Origin: a virus
Lineage: Duplodnaviria; Caudoviricetes
Strand: one strand, 5' to 3'
Virus record (IMG/VR): IMGVR_UViG_3300044998_000129
Coordinates: 1-60,966 of that record
Length of the DNA stretch: 60,966 bases
The notes beneath the pieces are model-generated. The model made no database searches and was not told the DNA's origin. It was given only the letters and a program-made list of their open reading frames with translations. Both the position numbers and the translations under genes were made by a program. Positions 55,311 to 60,966 of the stretch are shown here, piece after piece; the stretch's first letter is position 1, and every line of letters begins with the position of its first letter.

Positions 55311-56737
55311 TACACTCGCCTCAGCAAGGTTATCCGAACACCAACGCTCGGACCAATGACAACAACCTGAAGACTATCATTTAGAACAGCTTTTTCCTCA
55401 TTAACGCCACCCGAAGACATCGTTTCGTTTCCGTCCATCAGGAAGTTGACACCGTTAACAGTTAGCGCCGCAGAACCATCATTTGGGTCTCGATTTCGAA
55501 CTGTCCAAGAAACAAGGCCAGGAGTCGAAGAGATATTGATCTGAGCAGGTCCAGGGCCAAGCAGATCAATTACTTCGGTGCGAAAAGCAGGTGTCCTATT
55601 TTGCGTAGGATTGACAAAACTATCGCACGGACCGACTTCCGAATCTTCCGGTAGGGTAATAGCGTCGCCTGTGACGTAATCATGATCTTGAATAGTCACA
55701 AAGTCGCTGTTGAAGTCCTTGTGGAAGTAACGCCGAAACTTTGTTGGCCCTTGGAAAACACTACGAAGCAGTTCAAAGTTATTCTGGCCAACGAAGCCGC
55801 CGTAGGTTCCAATCGGAGTGATCGTTTGCGGCAAGCCCGGATTGATTACATAGGTCTCAATCGTGTTGGTGCCGTAGTTAGCAATGTGCAGAACGTCATT
55901 TTCGTCAAACGACATTCCAGCCCGGTTATTCCAGAAATTAGCCGGAAGCGTGATCGTGTCGAGCACATTACCGCTATTCGGATCACACTCGACAATCGTA
56001 TTAGAAGTGACTTCATCACGCATATAGAGGCGACCTTGGCTATTGAAAGCGGCACCGCCACCGCCAAGGTTCATATTAAACGAGCTAACCCAACGCAGCG
56101 TCAAGAAGCCAGTTGTCGGATTAAGCGTGTAAGCCTCAATCGTGAAGCCTGGACCTAGCGAACCAAAAGCCCAGATTTCGCCAGTCACAGGATTGAATGC
56201 AGAAGCCCGCCAAAATGTCGGGAAAGGAAGGCCACCGGAGAGCGGCAGAACCGATACGACCGCTGGCACACTCGGATCAACAACGGTGGCCTGCGATTGC
56301 GGAACCGTCTCTAGAAAATAGACAAGACCTGTGTCGTAGTCTTGAACGGCCGAATTAAGAGCTGAATCAAGTGTCGGTAAAACACCGGCCGTAAAGAATA
56401 CGTTGCCGCTGCTATCTCGAAGAGTTTCGCCAGTTACATAGCCATACACGCGGGCAGGAACTATGTATTCAAGGCATTGCACATCCGTGAAGTCGCCATC
56501 GCAGCTTCCCGGAGTCCAGACCCCGCCACCCGGAACAAGGGTGGCGAGGTCAATAGTGAACACAGCCGGCCGAACTCCATCCAGCGTGTAGCCAAGAAGA
56601 TAATCTTCGACTCCAACTTGGACTAGATAGTGGGCATACAGCGTTTGAGAAGGCAAAAGAATGTTATTGGGCGTGTAACACCCAAGAACAACTTTTTCCT
56701 CGCCTCTATCAGAACGCTGACCTGACGTAATACCCAT
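55310..56737 (-). CDS. Putative head fibre/adhesin with a beta-propeller-like domain
   Basis: Repeated AFN/SFD..G.LY blades; Cys in flanking linkers. Confidence 0.55.
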   Translation of the reverse strand: MGITSGQRSDRGEEKVVLGCYTPNNILLPSQTLYAHYLVQVGVEDYLLGYTLDGVRPAVFTIDLATLVPGGGVWTPGSCDGDFTDVQCLEYIVPARVYGYVTGETLRDSSGNVFFTAGVLPTLDSALNSAVQDYDTGLVYFLETVPQSQATVVDPSVPAVVSVLPLSGGLPFPTFWRASAFNPVTGEIWAFGSLGPGFTIEAYTLNPTTGFLTLRWVSSFNMNLGGGGAAFNSQGRLYMRDEVTSNTIVECDPNSGNVLDTITLPANFWNNRAGMSFDENDVLHIANYGTNTIETYVINPGLPQTITPIGTYGGFVGQNNFELLRSVFQGPTKFRRYFHKDFNSDFVTIQDHDYVTGDAITLPEDSEVGPCDSFVNPTQNRTPAFRTEVIDLLGPGPAQINISSTPGLVSWTVRNRDPNDGSAALTVNGVNFLMDGNETMSSGGVNEEKAVLNDSLQVVVIGPSVGVRITLLRRV

Positions 56738-56778
56738 AGCCTAAGTCCTTGCTGATTTGGAATTCGACCATCAGCCGA

Positions 56779-57213
56779 TTAGTCGGAGGCAAAGTTCACA
56801 TAAAGGTAGCCGGGCTGAACAGCAGAACCGGGCGCGGCTGGCAAAGTAGACGTTTCTTGGAATGTCGGACCTGCCGGTTGACTCACAACTTCAAACTGAA
56901 GTGCGGCAATAGCTGCGTAATCACCTGTGTCATCATCAGAAAGATCAACCGAGAAGACACCACCTGCGGGAATCAAGAACGCTTGAGTCGGCGGAGGACC
57001 GTTGAAAACAGTGCCCGCAACATAAACCATCGTGGCACGAACCAAATTGCCCGAGACGTTATAGACTGTCACGCCTTGCTGAGGGTTAGCCGAGCCAAGA
57101 ATATAGGTCTGCGAGTAAGGCGAACCTGCGACGATCTCCGACGAAGCCGAGTGCAGACCTTTGATCCGGTCTGCAATCAGGCTAGAATTAAACATACCGT
57201 TTGTGAGCGACAT
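56779..57213 (-). CDS. Beta-rich virion protein (putative head fibre subunit)
   Basis: AAGGAG RBS; 144 aa. Confidence 0.55.
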   Translation of the reverse strand: MSLTNGMFNSSLIADRIKGLHSASSEIVAGSPYSQTYILGSANPQQGVTVYNVSGNLVRATMVYVAGTVFNGPPPTQAFLIPAGGVFSVDLSDDDTGDYAAIAALQFEVVSQPAGPTFQETSTLPAAPGSAVQPGYLYVNFASD

Positions 57214-57227
57214 CTTAGTCTCCTTGT

Positions 57228-58013
57228 TTACGAACGTTCAGTCCAATGGACATAGAACGATCCAGTGCTCGTGATGTTGGTCGGGAGGTTTGTAATCTCT
57301 TGGCCTTGCTCTGCGCTCCAAGTCCAAGAACCGGGCGGGGTTACAACCCCATCAATCGAGCCAAAATCATTGATGAAGCTAACTGTGAAGCTAACAACAT
57401 CAGTAGTCCCTGCGGCAAGGGCTAGATTGAATACGTTATTTGCTGGAAGAACGCCGGAAGCCCGCCACTGATTAGTTCGAACAACTGGGCAAACCCCGCG
57501 CACCAGATTAGGACCAGACGGCGGCGGAATAACAATTCCGTTTGCATCAGTCCAGTAAACAGTTCCGTTAGGTTGACCGTTTGACTTTACGATCCATTGC
57601 GTAACGTTCTGACCGTTATCGCACCAAGGAAGCGGATCACTTTCTAGATCAGCGTCAGGACATTGAACTAGATCGCTAAGCAGGCCACCGTAGGGCGAAC
57701 CGTCCAGATTGTAGGCCGTAGCCGTTGGAACACCCGCTGTCGAGTATGAAACGACGACAATGATACTATCGCCGGTGTTAGGATCGCAGCGGATGAACGA
57801 ATCAAACTCGTCAGTGCCTGGATCGCAGGGTCGCGTGCGAACGATCATGCCTTCCGGCCAAAGGACTTCAACAGTTTGGGTTGCCTGCCGAACCTGCGGG
57901 CCGTCGCACTCTTCGATAGTTACATTGAACGGAGTAGTGCCGCCTGTCGGACGAACCGGGAGCGAATTCGGGTCATTTGGTCCGCAAGGAGGATTGCAGG
58001 TGAGGTCAGACAT
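57228..58013 (-). CDS. Cys/Pro-rich virion protein (putative head fibre base)
   Basis: TCNPPCGP N-terminus; several Cys-bounded beta modules. Confidence 0.55.
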   Translation of the reverse strand: MSDLTCNPPCGPNDPNSLPVRPTGGTTPFNVTIEECDGPQVRQATQTVEVLWPEGMIVRTRPCDPGTDEFDSFIRCDPNTGDSIIVVVSYSTAGVPTATAYNLDGSPYGGLLSDLVQCPDADLESDPLPWCDNGQNVTQWIVKSNGQPNGTVYWTDANGIVIPPPSGPNLVRGVCPVVRTNQWRASGVLPANNVFNLALAAGTTDVVSFTVSFINDFGSIDGVVTPPGSWTWSAEQGQEITNLPTNITSTGSFYVHWTERS

Positions 58014-58387
58014 TACATCCCCACGCTTTTGTCGGAATAGATGTAAAGGAGCCCCGCTTCTCCTTCGCCCAATGAAAGTGAGTCCGGGTAAGCGATGTAG
58101 CCTTCCGGAACAGTAACTTCAATCAAGTCAGCACCGCTGGTCCAAGTGAACATGACCTGAATTGTCAAACCATTGTGAGTTAGCTCGAAAGTGCCGTTAT
58201 CGCACATATAGTTGACCGAGCGGTTATCATATTGAAGCTCAGCAACAGCGCCCGGCTTTGTGGTATCAGTTAGCGTCAAAGACGTTAGCGTTATTTCGCC
58301 TATGCCGACCTTACAGCCAAAAGAAACCGTGTTCTCAGCGAACACGGTCGTTGGCATGAGCATCAATGCAAGCAACAATCGTCTCAT
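58013..58387 (-). CDS. Protein with a Sec-type signal peptide
   Basis: GAGGAG RBS; MRRLLLALMLMPTTVFA. Confidence 0.7.
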   Translation of the reverse strand: MRRLLLALMLMPTTVFAENTVSFGCKVGIGEITLTSLTLTDTTKPGAVAELQYDNRSVNYMCDNGTFELTHNGLTIQVMFTWTSGADLIEVTVPEGYIAYPDSLSLGEGEAGLLYIYSDKSVGM

Positions 58388-58486
58388 CGCTAACTCCTCT
58401 TGAAAGGAGCGAGGGACCGGGCGGGAAAACCGTGGGCAGCGGCAACCCGGCCCCTCTGAGCGCCGGAGACGCACAACCTCAAGGAC

Positions 58487-58969
58487 TCAGGTGGCGTCTG
58501 CTTCCGGGGCTTTTTCTTCGACAGGTTCCACAAAAGTCCCTGCCTTAATCGGGGTAATGTTGAATGCGACAGGCGGCGCATCAACAATTCCACCAAGCTC
58601 TTGCTTTTCAGCAAGGCCAAGATCACGAGCAATGATCGTCGAGTTCAACAATCCAGCCGCAGCGTTTTCGAACTTTTGCGTGTAGATCGCCTGCTCGACG
58701 AGTTCAACAGCTTCCGCCCAATCCTCACCACGTTCCCGATACTTTTCAAGCCGCGAAACCGGAATCGAGAGATATTGGGCTAGACCCGTTTTCGTGAAAG
58801 GACGAACTTTTGCACGATAGCCGCGAACGATGCTCCCTTTGTATTGAAAGATGTTTTCTTCTTCCAGGGGCGTATCAACGCACCACTGAAAGTAAGAAAC
58901 GCAGGCTTCCAAAAACTCTTGCGCAGTCAGAAAGATTCGTTTTTCTTTTAGCGTCAGATGGGAAAACAT
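58487..58969 (-). CDS. terS: Terminase small subunit (P22 gp3-like)
   Basis: YF.WC...PL, RPFT..GL..YL, IYTQKFE.AAAGLLN..IIARDLGL. Confidence 0.9.
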   Translation of the reverse strand: MFSHLTLKEKRIFLTAQEFLEACVSYFQWCVDTPLEEENIFQYKGSIVRGYRAKVRPFTKTGLAQYLSIPVSRLEKYRERGEDWAEAVELVEQAIYTQKFENAAAGLLNSTIIARDLGLAEKQELGGIVDAPPVAFNITPIKAGTFVEPVEEKAPEADAT

Positions 58970-59053
58970 CGTTGCCTCATTGCGTAGCACTTAGCGTCCC
59001 GCAAGACGCTTTGAAAAGCCTAGATTGAGGGCAACCCAATCCATCGACAGCAA

Positions 59054-59081
59054 CATATAGCGATTCGGAATTATGTGTCAA
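59054..59081 (-). promoter_or_regulatory. RpoD-type promoter at the head of the late region
   Basis: Minus strand cTTGACA-N16-TATATG. Confidence 0.55.
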
Positions 59082-59083
59082 GC

Positions 59084-59509
59084 CTAAAGTTGACGTAAAA
59101 GCTGGATCGGCAGGTTGATATAGTGATTTCCTAGCAAAACGCGGGCTTCGCCATCGCGTATTTTAACAATTCGCCCCAAAAGTTGCCGATACGGACCTGC
59201 TAAAACTTCGATAAAATCACCAATTTTGAACTGATTTTCGTCTCTAGATTCGTTAAGTAATATCTGAAGTTGTGAAAGCTCTTCACTACTAACAGTCTTT
59301 GGTTTATAGTCAGAACTGTATTCAAGAACTCGAGCCATAAAGCGCGAAGGACAAACCCTTCGCAATGATGGCCACCGTTGTGGCGGGATGAAAGCGTAGC
59401 CGGGCATCGCGGCTGCGCCGTCTTTTAGAGGAATCCATAGTTTATGATCGTCACGACCCCATATAAAGAAGTCGTATGTCATTCGACATCGAAGAACAGC
59501 GTAATCCAT
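59084..59509 (-). CDS. NusG/RfaH-family transcription elongation (antitermination) factor
   Basis: NGN-like MPGYAFI; KOW FKIGDFIEVLAGPY..LLG.I. Confidence 0.8.
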   Translation of the reverse strand: MDYAVLRCRMTYDFFIWGRDDHKLWIPLKDGAAAMPGYAFIPPQRWPSLRRVCPSRFMARVLEYSSDYKPKTVSSEELSQLQILLNESRDENQFKIGDFIEVLAGPYRQLLGRIVKIRDGEARVLLGNHYINLPIQLLRQL

Positions 59510-59829
59510 CAAGTTTCCCAAGGTGGCTTAATAACAGAATCTCCCGCAACCAGAACCGTTTTGACCGGAGCCTTAGCGGGAGCCGGAGCTCTTACAGGAG
59601 CTCTTACAGGAGCCTTAGTAGGAGCCAACCGGGGCGTCAACCGCCGCCCTGTAACAGGATCGCGCACTTCAAAACGGTCACCGTATTCCGTCAAATCGTA
59701 GAATTTTGGGAAGATGACGACACACCAGCCATTACCCGGTTCTAATTCAACCTTGGTATGCGCAATTCGTGTGTCGTCTAGCGCATCGGCCACCGTTTGT
59801 GCTTCTTGGCGTGTCTTGTAGAAGGTCAA
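59509..59829 (-). CDS. Hypothetical protein with a (RAPV/KAPA)n tail
   Basis: 106 aa; TTG start overlaps the upstream stop; ends PPW. Confidence 0.65.
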   Translation of the reverse strand: MTFYKTRQEAQTVADALDDTRIAHTKVELEPGNGWCVVIFPKFYDLTEYGDRFEVRDPVTGRRLTPRLAPTKAPVRAPVRAPAPAKAPVKTVLVAGDSVIKPPWET

Positions 59830-60155
59830 TGCATGTGTCTCGAAACGATTTCACCAGCCTTGCGACCGACCAGCCAAGGCATGACGAAAGCCAGCCAGAG
59901 AATGAAGTATAGCCATGTGAAGATCACAAAGACCGCAACAAGCAGGCTGTCTGGAAAGTTGTCAGCCAAAAAGATGCCAAAAATAAGAAGAATCCAAGGT
60001 TGGTGATTCAACCGCCAAGCGCGTTCTTTTTTGAGGATAGCCTGCTCGCGATCGTAGGCTTCCAAAGCGGCTAAAAAGTTAGCACGAGCCTCAGGCGTTG
60101 CGGTGTGCCAGTGCTTCCGCGCGATGCGGATGTGTTTCTCTCTGAATTTGTCCAT
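59826..60155 (-). CDS. Membrane protein with two hydrophobic helices
   Basis: GGAG RBS, ATG 60155. Confidence 0.7.
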   Translation of the reverse strand: MDKFREKHIRIARKHWHTATPEARANFLAALEAYDREQAILKKERAWRLNHQPWILLIFGIFLADNFPDSLLVAVFVIFTWLYFILWLAFVMPWLVGRKAGEIVSRHMH

Positions 60156-60183
60156 GATAGTTCTCCGTTGCCCACTATTGCCT

Positions 60184-60225
60184 AAGATAGCAAGGCTTGC
60201 GCCCCGTGTCAAGCCGTGTTAAAAT
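60184..60225. promoter_or_regulatory. Overlapping divergent RpoD-type promoters
   Basis: Plus: TTGCGC(60197)-N17-TAAAAT; minus: TTGACA(60212)-N17-TATCTT. Confidence 0.65.
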
Positions 60226-60250
60226 GCGCTATTGGCAGCGGAGTTGGAAC

Positions 60251-60673
60251 ATGGTCTTAAATTCAAAAGTAAAAGGCGCTAACGGCGAACGCGAGCTCGC
60301 ACAACTTCTTACAAGTTGGGCTCGAGAAATCGGGATTGAACTTGATCTGATTAGAAACCTCGAACAGGTTCGCTCCGGTGGCCACGATTTACTTGGTGTT
60401 CCGGGGCTGGCCACCGAGTGTAAGCGCGTTGAAGCCCTTGCCGTGAGCACTTGGTGGGGTCAAGCTCAGCGCCAAGCTAGAGAAGTAGGACTTCAGCCGC
60501 TATTGGCTTATCGACAAAATCGCAAGAAATGGCAATTTATCACTGAAACTTGGGTCTGGCCTTGCAAAACACGTCCGATTGTGATTTATATGGACGAAGA
60601 AGAAGCTAGAATTTGGTTTCACGGCCATTTAGTGCATCATTTTACTTTGCAGCAACAACCTAGCCGAGAGTAA
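60251..60673 (+). CDS. PD-(D/E)XK nuclease, Holliday junction resolvase-like
   Basis: NSKVKGANGERE, GGHDL, ECKRVE, WW.QA..QA, YRQNRK.W. Confidence 0.85.
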   Translation: MVLNSKVKGANGERELAQLLTSWAREIGIELDLIRNLEQVRSGGHDLLGVPGLATECKRVEALAVSTWWGQAQRQAREVGLQPLLAYRQNRKKWQFITETWVWPCKTRPIVIYMDEEEARIWFHGHLVHHFTLQQQPSRE

Positions 60674-60857
60674 AAGAAAGTTTTGGCAAAAATATCGGCG
60701 CCGCTAAAAGCGACCTAGCACTAGAGCTTCAGACGATATTTTGGAAAATTACGTCTGACTAACTGCAGAGCTTCAGGAGATATTTTGAAAAATTATCGCT
60801 GGCTGGAGAGATGGTGCGTCCGTCCTTGTGCCTAGGTCGCGCCATAGATTAGCGCCG

Positions 60858-60966
60858 AGGGGTCGATCTGGGGCTGGGCTGGGGCTGGGTCGAGGGCTGG
60901 GGCTGGGGCTGGGGCTGGGGCTGGGGTGGGGCGGGGGGGGGGGGTGGGGTGGGTCGGGGGGTGGGG
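60858..60966 (+). repeat. G-rich (GGGGCT)n tract at the right end
   Basis: Read directly; the last ~40 nt may be low-quality poly-G. Confidence 0.8.

Noticed and set aside
798-60416. The octamer as an RfaH ops-like element (resembles GGCGGTAG)
   Set aside because: ops acts only on the non-template strand near operon starts, whereas this octamer is unoriented with respect to transcription and spread genome-wide
60925-60966. Pure poly-G as a real terminal sequence
   Set aside because: The ordered (GGGGCT)n pattern decays here, consistent with read-end or two-colour sequencing error; only the upstream part is trusted
1-60966. Prophage or temperate lifestyle, or a protelomerase-type linear plasmid phage
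   Set aside because: No integrase, repressor, ParA/ParB or protelomerase recognised, and no host genes at the flanks

Overview
The window looks like a near-complete ~61 kb lytic tailed phage genome; I found no integrase, repressor or tRNA. The host is probably an alphaproteobacterium, inferred from CTTGAC-N17-(GC)TA-type RpoD promoters and a cysteine-rich virion resembling Agrobacterium phages Milano and 7-7-1. The + strand (4.7-27.2 kb) carries small early genes, a Sak4-like ATPase/DUF669 SSB/Cas4-like nuclease/RadD-like helicase module, a 7-deazaguanine DNA-modification cluster (queE, queC, queD, folE, dpdA; predicted dPreQ0), a beta-clamp-like protein, a family A DNA polymerase, a MazG-like protein and a ligase. 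The - strand (27.2-60.2 kb) carries a NusG paralogue followed by a ~32 kb late region: terminases, HK97 head, collar/neck, sheath, tube, tape measure, Mu-like baseplate, two paralogous fibres and lysis genes. The main unexplained signal is the octamer CGGTGGCC/GGCCACCG, of which I counted 50 exact copies by eye against about 2 expected; they occur in both orientations and in several reading frames. The second is a repeat mosaic around the contig junction: G-rich 3' ends on both strands, an AT-rich tract, iterons with IHF-consensus sites and a palindromic operator array. Family assignments come from motif recognition only; no database searches were run.
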